Assembly (NCBI GenBank): GCA_964234715.1
Contig: OZ174284.1
Reading direction: 5' to 3' (one strand)
DNA from: Podarcis melisellensis
Taxonomy: Eukaryota
Length of the DNA: 64,000 nucleotides
The notes under the pieces are model-generated. The model had not been told where the DNA came from. It saw only the letters and a list, made by a program, of their open reading frames with translations, and searched no databases. The position numbers and the translations under genes are program-made. Positions 38,260-51,458 of this stretch are shown here, piece after piece. Position 1 is the stretch's first letter, and each line of letters starts with the position of its first letter.

Positions 38260-39398
38260 AATGTTTTAATTTTATTTATTAAATAGTTATTCTGTCCTTC
38301 CTCACCAGAGGAGACCAGGGAAGCAAAAACAGGCGATAAAGCCATAAAAACATCTTACAGCTCATTCCAGTACAGATGCAGACAGTGAAAGATCTCAACT
38401 TAAAAGGCTTGTTGGAAGAGGAAGGACTTTACTATTCAAGCGGAGGGGATTCCAAGGGTGGGTTCCACAACTGAGGTGCTGGAAACTGAGTTCCAGGGAG
38501 TTCCAGCTGAAAAAAAGCCCTGGCTCTGCAGATTCATGTATCCGAATATCCGGCTTTCTTACTTACTTTCTTGGTTGTTTCTGCTGTGCTGGTCAGTGGT
38601 GGCCATTTTCAGGCAACAACTATGGAAGAGGGGACTGATAGTGGACGAATCAGAGAGCGGGGGTGGGTGGGAATCAGACAAATCAGGGAGCAGGAGAAAT
38701 CAGACAAATCAGTTTGGGTTTTTTTGTTTTCACTTTGTCTCTCTTTTGCTGATTGGCTGTAGTGATTTCAGGAAGAAACCATGGTCAGAGGGATGGGGTT
38801 GAGGAGAGACATAGCAAACCCTGCATTACAAGTGTTCCCATAAGAAATAATGGAAATTGTGGGCTCATTATGTGAACAATTTCCTGGGGACACATTGTGT
38901 TTGTTAAGCAGAAGTTGCATGTATATGCTATTTACATGATTTATTATATTTGTTTTGATATGCTCTGAAGGCAGCTTTTAAGTAAAAAATTGGCCATAGC
39001 ATGTCAGGCTGCTCTGAAAACAAAATATTTTTTTTCAGCATCTTGAGATACATCCTCTTTTGCTTTGGGGTATTATATATATATAAATGAAACGTCCACC
39101 ATGTTATAGAACTTAAGCCACCAATGAAACACTGGAAACACATCATACGAGTTGTGGTGGATAATTAGGAAAGCAATAGAAAATAAAATTGTCAATATGG
39201 TATAACGTCTTTATAAAAGTCTATGGTGCTCTCAAACTTGTAATACTGGGTTTGTGCTATAGTGGTGCTATTGACATTCTGCTCATGCAATAGGACTTCT
39301 AATTCCTCTCCTATCCCTGCCCCCCCCTAAATGAAAACGGTTCCAGATGGTTTGCCAACCCCCTAGAACAGATTTTTAAGGGGAGAGAAGGGGCAGTA

Positions 39399-39757
39399 AA
39401 GGTAAAGGTACCCCTGCCCGTACGGGCCAGTCTTGCCAGACTCTGGGGTTGTGCGCCCATCTCACTCAAGAGGCCAGGGGCCAGCGCTGTCCGAAGACAC
39501 TTCCGGGTCACATGGCCAGCGTGACATCGCTGCTCTGGCAAGCCAGAGCTGCACACGGAAACGCTGTTTACCTTCCCGCTAGAAAGCGGTCCCTATTTAT
39601 CTACTTGCACCCGAGGGTGCTTTCAAACTGCTAGGTTGGCAGGCGCTGGGACCGAGCAACGGGAGCGCACCCCGCCGCGGGGATTCGAACCACCGACCTT
39701 TCGCTCGGCAAGCCCTAGGCGCTGAGGCTTTTACCCACAGCGCCACCCGCGTCCCCT
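39399..39757 (-). mobile_element. Full-length Sauria SINE with 12-bp TSD
   Basis: Begins GGGACGCGGGTGGCGCTGTGGG, B-box GGTTCGAATCC, (ACCTTT)n tail; TSD GAAGGGGCAGTA at 39387-39398 and 39758-39769. Confidence 0.95.
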
Positions 39758-39939
39758 GAAGGGGCAGTACTGTTGCACAAGTGTAAGACTTGCAGGAGCA
39801 AAATGGCAGCATTGTGCACAACTGTGTGTACTGCTCTGCATCTCAAAAAGGATAGTGTAGAACTGGAAACGGTGCAGAATAGGGCCGCCAACAATTTGCT
39901 GTTGGTGTGAACCGTGAAGCAAAATCAAATTCCAATGAA

Positions 39940-42900
39940 GTAAGAAAAAATTAATGACTTTATTTTTTATTTTTATTTTTTTAGTTAGTTGGTGACCTGA
40001 GGTGCTAAACTCTCAACACCAACAAAGCAAGTGTGCATAAGAACGTACAGAATGAAATGCAACCAAAAATAGGAAGTAAAACGGGTTGGGATGTTTAGAC
40101 ATGAAAACAGGTACGGTACACAATTTCCTGTTACACTGCACACACACCAACAATAAAACAGTCTGAATATCAGAGTTCCCACCTGTCCCAAGGGGAAGAT
40201 ACCACAGTTCCTTGGGACAGGGTTGTTTCACATACATACTTCTTTATATATATATATATGTATAAAATTAAATTACTGCAATGCCATCAAAACATGACAT
40301 CCCTTCCTCCAATAGCTTTAGTGACATTCTCATCTACCTTCCTTGCTTATGAAGCGCCACTGCTAGTGCTCTTGAAGGCAGCAGTTCTTTGGAAGCCTTC
40401 TGTCCTCTTATCATGCATCGAGAGAGAAATACCCTCCTCTACCTCTTCATATCAAACAGACTGTTTCGTGGTACATTTTTATTGCAAACAATCACAGCAT
40501 TTTCTTTTTTAAACATGAGGTTGGAAAACTAATACACCACTTTCGTCTCAGGGCCCAAATGTAAACATTCTGTTAAATACATTTTCTTAAAACCTTGCGG
40601 GGAGGGTATCAACTTTTTTCTTTTTTTTGGCCATAAAAAGAATTTGTGCTACTGGGTCATGCAACTCTGGATATATTTGTCGATGCTCTAAAATGCCTTT
40701 GACCTGGATGTATTTTAAAAAACAGATTAAAAACCCAGAGGACGCAGCAGGTGTGCTTGTTACTTCTGTATTAGCACCGTGTCATAAAAGGAGGACCAGA
40801 CACTGCATTTAAAGAAACCTCTTGACTGACAGCAGGATCAAGCACAATCAACACAACATATTACAGGAAATGTTAAGAGTGGAAGAGGAAATATGATTAA
40901 TGCTGCTGGTGCTGTCATGGGCTCTAAAACCCCTCTCCTCTCTCTGCAAGGGAGTCTTAGCTGCCCCAAAGAAGTCTGGGCTAACTAGAGGCAGAGCTAC
41001 ACAGCTGCACTGGAGCTGGGAAGAACTTTCCCTTCCACTTTCTCAGACAGACTGTTCTACACTCATTCCACATGCAGCTATAGGCAGCTTAGGAAGAAGC
41101 TTAGCGTGTCAACGTTTTCCTACAGTGAAAAATTCAAAGAACAGATAGAAGTGAGTTAAATTACGACCACTTTACAGAACAATCCCATTTTCTCAGTTCC
41201 ATTATAAATTGCACCAGGCACAGCAAATTTCGATTTGCCTCTTTCATGTGGCTAGACACCAAATTTTAACAACTGAATTCTAGCTCCATCCTAAACGAAG
41301 GGGAGCTTAACTTCCATTTTGCCATACACTCCCCTGTTGGTCTCTATGGATGTCAAAGATGTTGTCTGAGACAACTGAAGTTATATGTTCTTTTTCTTCC
41401 TCAATTAGGGGTGGCTAACCTTTTACTCCCGTTGGACTCCCATCAGCCCCATCCAGCATGCTCAGTAGCCAGGGATTATGAGAATTGTAGTCCAGTAATA
41501 TTAGGAAAGCCAGAGATTAGTCCCCTCTGTTTTGAAAGCTACAAATAAACACCACTTCTAGTGAACACCTCCCCCCAAAGTCTCATGAACCATTAACACA
41601 CAAGTCCTGCTTGTTCTGGGACTATATGTGGTATCAATTTTGCCAGTGTAGCATCACAATCTTTCAATATCTTAATATTCAACAAATGCCAGGCATGGTA
41701 CCCCTTTGGCACAAAATCTTCTGACACTACATTTCAACACATGCTGTTGTTTCAACAGCTTTCTGTTCAGCGTCATCAGTACTGACATTTTATTAAACAA
41801 GGAAGTGGATGGGTGTTTTAAAACCTTTCCCCATTTTCTCTCTCTAGCTTTCCTGTTTTGAAAACACAGCATTTCCTGTTTTGAAACCCAGAGATAAGAT
41901 GGTGGCTGCTTTAAAGGACATGCCTATTTCTTGGGATGACTGCTTCCCTAAAAAAAAAGTTCATTAAAAAAATAGTCTGCACTTTGTTTGGAGACTAGAA
42001 CTACAGCTTTCTTTCTTTAAACTAAGCCCAACTGGAGCTAAAAAATGCGAATGGAAAATTCTGTATGTGGCAGGTCGGCACTTTTGAGAAAGTTATTGTG
42101 AAAGACATGGTGTGCTTATGGAACCTCTCAGCTGGTTATAGACAAGAGTCTATTCTGTGTTATTTCCTATTTGCTACTGCACTGTAAGACCTTTTTCTGA
42201 GCCAACTGAATGAAGGCCTAGGACAAAACCAGTGGGGCTTGTGCTAATCCTTCCCTTGGGAGGCAGATTTTTACAGAGCCAGCATGTGTGGGGTTTTTTT
42301 AAATACATGGGGTAAAGTGGCAATGCCACAATTATAATTACAAAAACCTTAAACAGCAGTAGTTAAAATAAGCACAGGTTTGCCATTCAGGAACAGAGGA
42401 TATGGAGTGCAGGAGCAAAGTCTGCCATCACCACTCAGCTTTGTGAGCTCTCTTCGTGAGGATGCAGCTTAATTGAGAAGACACCCTACCTGGGAACCCT
42501 GCCTGCATATTTCCTAGGGTTGCCCCTCAAAGTGGTGCAGGGAAAAGTCCAAAGTACATAAAAGCATCTCCTCTCCACATCAAAAGTAGCGTGTAACTGT
42601 AACAGCATTAATAGAACTCTAATAAATAGGTACAGGGAAAGGGAGAACAGCAAATTAAAAATAAGAACAACAAAAGAAAAAGGTTCGGGAATGCAGCAGG
42701 CACACAGATTCACCACTCAAACATTTGCTCACTTCTTAAAAAGGTATAAAACCCAAATCTTTCAAGTATTAAAAAATAAGTTAATAGACATTAAAGGGTC
42801 TAAAGTGACTAAAGGGCCCGGGTAGGTCTTTTGCTTCATTTCCAACGTGCAAAAAATAATAAAGATATATATATCTATAGATATAGATATATACACAAAA

Positions 42901-43843
42901 AAACAAAAACCCATTGAGAGTCCATTCTTGGGGGATTCGAAGCAAGGGGTTTCATCCAAGAGCTCCCGCAAACTGCTTCATAAGTAACCCATTTTCAAAA
43001 TCAGCACTTTCCAGTGTCAAAATTGTCACAAGGTTCACAACAGAGCAGTCTAATGCCAATGGAGACAGGAAAAACTGTGACTTTCAGTCCAGAGCATTGC
43101 ATGGCAGAAAGGGGGGGGGGATTACACACTCTTCCCCTCTTAGAACAATGGCAACTTGTGGAGGCTGCAGCAAAGAGAGCTAGTCCACTGGAGCCCGTAT
43201 CTCCTGTAGAAACCACACAGGGCAAGTATTTCATGTCAGCCAGCCTTCCAAGTCTCCAGTCCTCTCTGAATTCAGGGTTCCTCCATACCCAGACAATAAT
43301 GGCAGCTTCAGGCTTCTTTGGTGAGGAGAACCTTAAACATACACACAGTGTGCTCTGGGGTACAGAGTGGTTTGCTCTCCCGTGGGCTGCTGCAGGGTGA
43401 TGCTTCAGAAGAGAGTAGCCACTTCTCGCCTTTGTATTTCAAAACAAAAACAAGAACACAACCAGCTAAGTAAATATGAAACGGACAAGCTACGGCCCAC
43501 CTGAATTGGTTAAAGTTGTGGTGTATTTTTTTTTTTTTAATAAAATGTTTTCATCTCATTTTTTAGCCTCTCTCAGAGATCACAAAAACTCAATGGCCTC
43601 TTTGCACAGGTCCTTGAGGAAGGCACACAACCTCAGCTGACCACCTCAGGCTTGGGGTTTGCAGGCCTCATACAGGCCTCAGCACTTTTCGATCCAACCC
43701 CCTCTCAGGAAGAAGCACCCAGGCGCTGCAAGAACCCTCAAGAGGTTTCTATGCCAAGGTATCTCCTCCATCCAGGCAGCTCCAGCCAACTTGGCACATG
43801 CCAACTGGACAACGCAGATCGGCAGACGAGTGCGCTGCTAAGC
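39940..43843 (-). other. MICAL3: MICAL3 3'UTR (~3.9 kb, probable)
   Basis: Runs from the stop to a cluster of three AATAAA hexamers; end inferred. Confidence 0.6.
39959..39977 (-). terminator. Triple AATAAA polyadenylation signal of MICAL3
   Basis: TTTATT on + at 39959-64, 39966-71 and 39972-77, followed on minus by a U-rich downstream element. Confidence 0.65.
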
Positions 43844-44028
43844 TCAGGACCAGTTTAAGTTGAATCCCTTGGACAGCATGACTGCCTCTAGGTCCTTGTC
43901 TTCTTCCTTCTCCCGGAGTCGCTGCTCTTCCAGGAGGGCCACAAGAGAATCTCTCTGTTCCACCACCTCTAGCATTTCATTCAGGATCCTTTTCTCTTCT
44001 GACAACTCTTCATCTGTCTTCAGGTGAT
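43844..44028 (-). CDS. MICAL3: MICAL3 terminal coding exon (end of bMERB domain)
   Basis: ttcctAG|ATCAC; (D)HLKTDEELSEEKRILNEMLEVVEQRDSLVALLEEQRLREKEEDKDLEAVMLSKGFNLNWS*, TGA 43846-43844. Confidence 0.97.
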
Positions 44029-44121
44029 CTAGGAAAGAAAGGGACAAGCAGACTTGTCAAACTAGCCAAGGAAGTAGCTGGGGCTTTCTATTGGGAACCA
44101 GAGTACATCGATGAGACTTAC

Positions 44122-44195
44122 CTTCCACTGCCATCCTCTCCCGAAGTTCTTGCTGTAGTCGGCTTTGCCTGTCCTCCAGTTCCAACTCCCGAGCG
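44122..44195 (-). CDS. MICAL3: MICAL3 coding exon (74 nt)
   Basis: ttgcAG|CGCT...GGAAG|GTAAGT; (F)ARELELEDRQSRLQQELRERMAVE; phases 2/1 fit its neighbours. Confidence 0.96.
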
Positions 44196-44793
44196 CTGCA
44201 AGGAGAGAAGAATAGGCAAATGTCTGGTTTGGGTTGTTTCAGCAGCAGTCTAAGCTACTGGCTTAAAAATCTAACATGCTCAGGTAGTAAAGTGTTCCCT
44301 TTCAGTACTGATTGTAAGGCAACCCTTCAGTTGTACTAAGAACCTTGTTCAGAACAACCTCCTTTGATGAACATACATGTTGGTTTTTCACCTAAACCCA
44401 TGTTGCGGAATGGTCAGAAAGGCAGATGAGAAAATAACAGGAAAATGCCAAGTCACTCCATCTGGCCCCTACTGCCCACTGCACATCAGGGCTGAGCTGC
44501 AAGGGATAAGATCTTCCTTCTTACATTGACCTTATTTGGAATCATGAATGCGAAGGAAATGCTAAGAGAACCAGGTCTCAGCAGCAGATCACTTCATCAA
44601 TTTTATAAAATTTTATTTTACTTGGGGTGCCTATGGGTCTCCAGAGCAACAGGATTCCCATCTGTACATTGTCACCACAGCAAAGGTGAAGACAGAAAGA
44701 GGTTCCATAACGTATCTCTGCCTGGGGATAGTTGCCTCGTCTTTCCCCTTCTCTGCGTGGACCAAGCATGCAGAAATTTCTCTCCTTACTCAC

Positions 44794-44893
44794 AATATCA
44801 TGAGCTCCGACTCATAGCGCACTAAGGCATTCTTCTCTTGCACCAGCTTGAACCACTCCTGCATCAGTTTGGGGTCGTCCTTCTTCCCCATGC
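44794..44893 (-). CDS. MICAL3: MICAL3 coding exon (100 nt)
   Basis: ggcAG|GCATG...ATATT|GTGAGT; (G)[32 protein letters not shown]. Confidence 0.96.
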
Positions 44894-45712
44894 CTGCCAA
44901 GAGAACAGTTTAGGTCAGCTTGGAGAAAGATTCCCGCCATTTCCATAAACCCAGCAGGCAGGCAGGCAGGAACAAAAATGGGAGTGGGGCAAAATGTGCA
45001 AAGAAAGCTGAGCTAGATGCTGCCAGAGCACTCTTGTCAGATCTGCTTGTTTAGTTTGTCTATGGCACACAGGAAGGAGGGTCACCTCCAGTAAAAGAAA
45101 CAAAAAAAACCCCACTGGATCCATGTGCCCTGAATCTATCTTCCCCATCACATCTCCCACCAAACCAATAGCCATAATTACAGTCTCTTTTCAGTATTTT
45201 TCTTCTGTTGTCCTTTTCAATTTGGACACTTTCAAACATAGGTCTGACACTTTCCAACACTTTCCAAGAAAGCCTACCTGTTTCAAGCCATGTTTTCTCA
45301 CTCACACCTTACTCAACACCCATTTGTCCACTTTACATATAACTGTAGAGCAATTAGTGAACAGTTCCTTGGTGGGCTGTTTCAGAGTTGATTCTGGCTC
45401 CTACCAGTATTGTAGTCTTATGTGCTGTACTCTCCCCTTTTCAAGTCACCTGCATTAACTTAATGACGGAAAGCAAACAGTTCCTGACCACTGCTATCAA
45501 TAATTTCCCTTCCTCTTGGCTTTATCAGTCACATCTGCCTCAATGTGTCTGCTAGAGATCCTTCACTTAAACAAAAAAACACGTATTGTGTGGCATAAAT
45601 GTGGTTCAATCAGTTGAAGTTCACCAGCTCAAGACCACTAGTTCATGGTAGAAAAGCACAAGAAGAAAATCTGCTCACATAAAAAAGAGGAAGCATGGTA
45701 CTTTCCCAGGTA

Positions 45713-45945
45713 TAGTCACACCTCAGGTTGTGAACGTAATCTGTGCGGGAGGCACGCTTGCAATCCACAATGCCGCATCTGCGCACGCATGTAAAGCAAT
45801 TCAGCGCTTCTGCGCCTGGGATCATTTTGCGCTTCTGCGCATGCACTGAAACCTGGAAGTAACCCGCTCTGGTACTTCCAGGTGCGGCGCGGTCTGCAAC
45901 CTGAAAACACGCAACCCACAGTGTTCACAACCCAAGGTATGACTG
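45713..45945. mobile_element. Tc1/mariner-type MITE (different family)
   Basis: TA-flanked imperfect TIRs tAGTCACACCTCAGGTTG / CAACCCAAGGTATGACTG; CpG-rich interior. Confidence 0.75.
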
Positions 45946-47795
45946 TATTTTAATAAAAGCTTAATCAATGAAAACCAAGCTAGTAGACCCAGTAGAAAAG
46001 CCTGATATGAAATAAACAGCATAGCCATTTTATGCTATTTTAGAGAGCTACATCCACAACCCATATCTAGTAATGAAATATGCAGCTCTTTATGGGTAGC
46101 TGTTTGGATTCAGATCCTAAAAATCAGTTTGGAAGCAAGTGAAGCCCTGGTTATGTGCTTCTGATGATCAGGGTCTTGGCCTAACCACTGTTGGCCCAGA
46201 GGGATTCCAGCTGTTTCCTGCACCAATCAGATTTCACCATCCTATCAGAGGTGTCGATAGTTTAGGAAACTGGTACATGGCAAGAACACAGTCAAGTTGC
46301 AGACAGGGTTAACTCCTGTTTCTCATCCATACCATAGATGAGTTCTCATCTCATATAAAACTAATGGGAACATTTATTCTAAGGAAAATATGATGCAAAA
46401 TCTGTTCCTACTTATGTGCAAATGACAAAATATTTGTATTAGACACTATTCTAATTATTCACAAATGCAGACTCTTCTTATGGGGCTATGGAAGCCCAAG
46501 GGAGACACTCTAGAATGGGGATGGTCAGCTACCAAGTCAGATCCAGCTACCAAAAGCATTATTATCTGTTCCTGGTAGTGCTTATCAGTACTGGATGGCA
46601 CTGACTAATGCGTCATTTGTAATTGAGGATGTCTTTATGCAACAAGACATTATTTCCCATCACGGTCAAGAAAACAAAGTGGTCCAGAGGTTCTTGGTGG
46701 CCCTGTTCCTACCACTTATTCTCAGGTAACGAGAATTCTCCTCCTCTTCCAAAACCACCAACACAGCTCCAGAACACAAGAAGCAAACAAACACAGTACG
46801 AAAATCTCACCCTAGCCAATCATGGCTGTGGATGGCTATACCTATCCATTGCTTGGTCCCAATTAAGCCTCTCTGAGCATCTCTGCACAAGGTGCCCTCA
46901 TAGCCATGGTGGAAAGAGAGAAGAAGCTTACACATGCAGATGCCCAGTGCATTGGAGCCATGAGAAGCACTGGGAAATCTCCCCACCCTTTCCACTGTGA
47001 GGATAATCAGAAAAGAAACTTCTGCACAAAACAGCCAAATACATGTCAACACTGACCTATGGAAACTTTTGTTCATTTGTGGGATGTAGATATATTTTAT
47101 TATTATTATTTTTAGACAGCCAATGAGCAGAGGGAGAGGCAGGGGTGGGGAGGAAAGATGAACACTTGATGAAAGCACACCATGAAAAGCAGAGAGAGTG
47201 GTTAGCCGAAGTTATACATGGCGGTCACATTCCACCCCTTTCCCCCCATGCCTTGGGAAATGGAAACACTTCAGTGGGAATCTGGTTCCACTTGGGATAA
47301 AGAAGATGCTTAGCAAGATACGGACTGCAGGAGACCAGTATGGATTATGGCAGATCAGGAGGTTGCCTTTTCAAAGTCAAGGGTTGTTGGGGAAACCAGT
47401 CATTACAAAAGACAATATGCCTTAACCCATGTGTATTATTTTTTTTAAAGGAAGTAGACTCACACCCCACTCCCCTGCAAGATCATCCAACATGCCAAAC
47501 AGAACCCTTAAGGCATGAAACTGATGCCACTACAGTCATTTCTGATCAATTGCGCCAATAAACTTCAAGACTATCCTTATCCCCACAATACACAGCTGAA
47601 AAAAGGATACTGTACCTTTACGATCCTGCCAGACACACTTCATAACAAGGTTGTTATAGAGGGTTTCTTTGAGATTGAAGGAAAGAAAAGTTTGGCGGTG
47701 AGCCACTTGATATTGTTGCTAGCTCACTAGTGTCTCTACACCAATCCAATGGCGGTTTGGGAACGGAATGGAGGGAATGCAAGAAATTACATTAC

Positions 47796-47861
47796 CTTCA
47801 TGGGCACAGCAAGGGCAGAAGGAGAGAGGTCTACGGCGTGGTGTCCCGGCATTGGGCTCAA
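47796..47861 (-). CDS. MICAL3: MICAL3 alternative cassette exon (66 nt, phase 1-1)
   Basis: ttgaAG|TTGAG...TGAAG|GTAATG; (V)EPNAGTPRRRPLSFCPCCAHE; frame-preserving, preceded by ~200 nt pyrimidine tract; resembles an insert I recall from vertebrate MICAL3 isoforms (not verified). Confidence 0.8.
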
Positions 47862-48479
47862 CTTCAATAGAACCAAAGATGGGAGAGGAAGAAAGGAAGG
47901 GAAGAGGAAGTTGGAAGTGGAGAGGAAGAGAGGAGGAGAAACAGGGTGAAAATAAACAGACAAGCAAAAGGACAAAAAAGCACAAGAGTGAGAAAGAAAG
48001 GAAACAACAAGAAGAAGTAGAAAAGAAAATAATAATACAAGAAATGGAGAAGCAGAAACAAGGGGAACAGTCTACAGATGGAACATCCTTTGCCAACACG
48101 AATAATGGAGAAGAGCAGACTGTGGCACTGGGAGGGGAAACAGTGTGGGCCACAAAAGTTACTGGGATAATGGGGAAATGCCAACACTTGACATTTCTTG
48201 TGCTTGGTGACTTTTCACCCTCCATGTCACATGGTGCAGTTAAGAGATAAGAGCACTAAGAGGAGGGTGGACAACATTAAGTTTCTAAAAGACCAGGAGA
48301 GCAAATAGGTTTTAAAAGGCCATCTTGAAAATTAGCTTGGCACATTCCATGTGGTTTTTTTGTGACATTGTCCAAGGAAGTAGGTTGACAGTGGCAAGTA
48401 TGTGTTCAGTAAACAAAGGCAGATCATGGCGCAAAACAGGACTGACTGCCTATGATGGGCAAACAAACCAAGAGTAAAC

Positions 48480-48615
48480 CAGGGATACAGAACCTGTTGT
48501 CTCCCTGCCCCAAAAGATTTTGGATTCTCATTCACCCCAGTCAACATGGCCATAGTCAGGGTGATGAGAGCTGTAGTCCAGCAGCTTCTGGAAGGCCAAA
48601 TGTTCCCCTATCCTG
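48480..48615. mobile_element. Degenerate hAT-type MITE (related decayed copies near 32700-32870, 41405-41530, 50120-50255, 56490-56592)
   Basis: Shared CATGGCCA..GTCAGGG..TGAGAGCTGTAGT signature, CAGG...CCTG ends. Confidence 0.6.
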
Positions 48616-51458
48616 GGTCTAACCAAAGCCTTGACCGGTATTTTACACATATTCATGCATAGTTTGTATTTCTGGCCCTGCCAATATCAAGGGTAGACAG
48701 AAAGTTGAGGACTATGCCCCACTGGTATGTTTGTTTGTTTGTTTGTTTGATGGATGGATGGGGGGGGGGAAGTTTGAGTATGTGGCAATTAATTAGATAT
48801 AACACAGTAAATTAACATTTCCCAAATTTCTGATAAAAGAGGTAGTTTGTATTAAAAAATAATAAAATGGGAGGAATAATTCTCAAACTTACACACTCTG
48901 ATGCAGAGAATAGCCTCTTCCTATGGGTTGGCACTTATGGGAACCATCAATTATCCAATGAATTCCTCGGTTTGGGAATTATTGCGGTAGATTATACATA
49001 AAGAGATGAATAATCTTATAGAATAGGGATGAGGAACCGGGTGCTGCTGTGTACAGAAGCCCCAGCAACCAGCTGATCATTGGGGCTTGAGTAGTGCAGT
49101 CCATGATGCTTTGTTAACCCCCAGTGATCTATATATTACAGAAAGACCTGTGGCCCATTGACTAGTCTGTGAGTAGAACGGAAGTGAAAGAAAAATGCCA
49201 CTGTGTAATAAGGAGCGGCTGAATTTATAAAAAAGAGGACATTCATAACCCACTAGAATCAGATCTACATGCACATATAATGGTGAGGGAAAGCCTCAGT
49301 TCTCATTTACGAAGATAAGGTCTGGGAAGGGAACAGCTTTTAGAAGGGACCATCACAGAACTAGAGCAGTAACACACAGGACAGACCAAAGTTAAAAGGG
49401 AGGAGGCACATCAGTTTGCAAATAGTGTGTGAATGAGCAATGTGAATCTCTCAACAGGAAGAAACATGTATACTCAGTGTGAAAAGGGTTAAAAGTGCAT
49501 CACATATACATGTTACATGGTGCCCATCTGTATGTGAAGACTCATCTTCTTTGAAGACATTCCATAGTATCCCCAGACAACTTTTCTCTCTCCCCCCCCC
49601 TTCCAACAAAACCAAACAACCAACAAATTGAATGCCTTAAAAGTATTTTTGTCGCTTGGGAAAGAGATCCATGAAAATCCATGTCGTGTAACAATGCACA
49701 CAGGTTTTTCTTTAAAGTGGCAATGCAATGGTGCTTTGTTTTTACTTCACAGGTCTCCTTCAAGGCCTAGTCTTGGATAGATATGTATTCCATTCTTAGT
49801 ATGTGTAAAAAATACAAGAATACAAGTGGGTTGCTTGGATTAAATAGTTCTAAAATGCACAGTCAAGCTGTACACCAAAGGAAATACTCTCTGAATATTC
49901 TTGCATTTGCTGAAGTTCTTCCTCAGCCATGATTAAGGTTAAGATGACCTTTATGTTTTGCTTTGAACTGGGTGGATCCCATGGTGTACTGCGCTGCTAC
50001 TAGACCAGGCTTCTATGCCGATTCAGTGTGTATCAAGGCTATATATGGAGCTACTACCACTTCCATGGTTGCAGCAGCCTAGTTCTAGCTGCCACACTCA
50101 GTGATACAGATCCTGAATGAGTGGTGGGAACTTGTGGTCCTCCATATGATGTTGGGCTACAATTCCCATCACTCCTGACCACTACCCATGCTAGCTGGGG
50201 CTGATGGGATCTGTAATCCCACAAGATCTGGAAGACCACAGGCTTCCCATTCCTGTCCCACATGCAGATGCCAGTTCACATAACAGTACCTCTATGCAAG
50301 CACAGACCACCTCCCAATTTTGAAGGCCATTGCATGGGATCTCACCTGAAGATTTCCAGGTGAGATAAGAGAAAATTGAGCTTGGAGGCAAAACCACTGC
50401 TAGTGCAAACCATGGTTCAACATAATATCTTAAGTGTCTCCATGGAGCCCCCCGACAATCCCCTCCATCTATGGTGTAACTAAGTCAGTTGGAACCACAG
50501 GATACCCTTGCTCCCAGAGCTTGATACTGGAGTAAGCAGAGACGGGTTTCAAGAGATAAGGCAGACTGAAATATCAACTATGGAGGGTGGAGATTCTTGG
50601 GCTTATTCCACCACATAGGCAGGCCTCTTGCTACTATTGTCAATAAACCTATATCCAATAGCTACAATGTTTTCCCCAACAGTACCTGCAGCAGAACCTG
50701 GACCATTAATAGAATGTCTTATCCAACTCCATGGATAATCCTCAGAGACTAGTCATAGCATCCGATTAGTAAAGATGTGTTGAATAGTCCGTTATGTATA
50801 CAGATAGTTCAATAATATAAATGGATAAATCCTTTCTCCGTATCACTGAACTTGAAGCAAAAAAAGATCACAAAGGCTACTAGACAGCAAACATTTCTAT
50901 TGCTCGTCAGCAAATGCCTATATGAGCAAGTTATGTGTAGCACACAGACCACCTGAAAGTACACTCAGAACAAAATGTCTAACAATTTATAAAAGCTCCC
51001 ATTGCCAAGAGATGATGATTCACCACTGCTAACTGACTAGTGAGAGACTATTTAAAAGCCTGCAGCAATTTATGAAATACATATCTTATTGAAAAACTAG
51101 ACTGATCCTGATCAACTTTTTGCTAGGCCAACTAGGATCAAGCAGCAACTCAACTCACTTTGGGTTTGGTCAAGAAATGCCTTCAAGTACCATGCAGCAA
51201 GGCATGAAACTTGAACATGATCACACCATCCTTTTTGTTTTGCTTAGGACATGAACTGAAATAGATCTTATGTAGCTCAGATACTTGCAGAGTTCCAACA
51301 CAAAGAATACATCCAGCAAAAGATCATTATTTAGTGTATGTTTCCCAAACACGCCCAAGCTAAATGAATCTTGGAATCCAGTTCTATGCATGTTTGCTTG
51401 GAAGTACAGGTGCCTAAGTTCTGATGCAATGCACAGTCATCTTGCATTAACTGAACTA

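Noticed and set aside
43620-43626. miR-124 7-mer site (GTGCCTT) and a Pumilio motif (42888-42895) in the MICAL3 UTR
   Set aside because: Single short matches in 3.9 kb are not significant without conservation data
47200-47325. Minus-strand acceptor ctcctgcAG with short open frame
   Set aside because: No good donor; in-frame TAA; unsupported
47719-48250. 160-168-aa ORFs on both strands
   Set aside because: By-product of the purine/pyrimidine tract; only the 66-nt cassette is splice-bounded
50686-50697. 12-nt phase 1-1 microexon candidate (GTTCTGCTGCAG, minus)
   Set aside because: Almost no pyrimidine tract and a weak donor; expected by chance
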